A stretch of DNA of 64,000 nt from Phoronis australis. Taxonomy: Eukaryota; Animalia; Phoronida. The stretch's first letter is position 1. Every line of letters begins with the position of its first letter. The stretch covers positions 458,889 through 522,888 of the forward strand of contig NMRA01000310.1 of NCBI GenBank assembly GCA_002633005.1, written 5' to 3'. This document shows positions 63,401 to 64,000 of the stretch, one piece after another. The notes under the pieces were generated by a model. It worked only from the letters and a program-made list of their open reading frames with translations, did no database searches and was not told where the DNA came from. Both the position numbers and the translations under genes were made by a program.

Positions 63401-64000
63401 TAAGATTTGCTGTTACAATAACACTCAGGAATTTGGCGAGCAAAACTAATATTTGTGGTCACGCAATGTATCCATTCTGTGGACTTAACCCAGAAAAACC
63501 AAACACGTAAATCTGTCAATCATGCAAATCATTTTCCAACCGCCACAGAGGAGTGTTCAATTTGAGATCTCTACAACTTCATACACATTAGAGAAGGTAA
63601 GACGTCCAAAAACAAAACCAAAGCAACAACAAGTCACCCTCACGAAGACCAATATGTTGCATCCTGAGATATTAAAAAATAAACTATCATCTTTAAAACA
63701 AGTACAGGTATAGGGAAATTCAAAGTTATACACTGTACAAAGGTGTATCAGAGAAGAAAAGGGGTGAAGATTTTTGGGCTAGTGAGATTGGTTACAGGTG
63801 TCACAAACATCTTGCGACCAGAGCAGAAGGTAATTTTATCATGTGGTAATGATATTACGTAAAAAGGTAGCGTGAAGTATTGCAATGAAGCTACACAAAA
63901 TCATGCGGCAGGATGAACTTATAGCCAAACTTGGAAAAACCTGTCATTAAAGGTTACGTAGGACCCTAGAAAAATGTCCAAATTTGGCAAACTTCAGAGC

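Noticed and set aside
61300-64000. Start of a further gene (donor-like GTGAGT near 63125, short ORF 63522-63713)
   Set aside because: No recognisable protein similarity or consistent exon chain within the window.

Overview
Eukaryotic, AT-rich, intron-rich invertebrate (probably marine lophotrochozoan or non-vertebrate deuterostome; inference) genomic scaffold with two N-gaps. The ORF track is mostly exon fragments and noise, so genes were reconstructed by hand from GT-AG splice sites with consistent intron phases. Three genes: (1) the 3' seven exons (745-8660, +) of a MetX-family serine O-succinyltransferase (fungal Cys2-like); (2) an 8-exon, ~1099-aa, mostly disordered protein with a C-terminal PAR6-like PDZ domain, KIAA1614-like (31833-14012, -); (3) a 14-exon, ~691-aa XPR1 phosphate exporter (32092-45684, +). 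Genes 2 and 3 are head-to-head with only 258 bp between start codons, and KIAA1614 and XPR1 are also neighbours in human. The rest is transposon-derived: several MITE families, Harbinger-type elements with CAG TSDs, two Helentron/HINE-type elements, a 4.1-kb TA-flanked TIR element with no visible transposase, a Penelope GIY-YIG remnant with a degenerate hammerhead-like motif, a tRNA-derived SINE and minisatellites. A 1.6-kb duplication around a gap is probably an assembly artefact. No prokaryotic-type system (CRISPR, operon) is present, and I cannot claim a wholly new system; the best leads are listed as findings.
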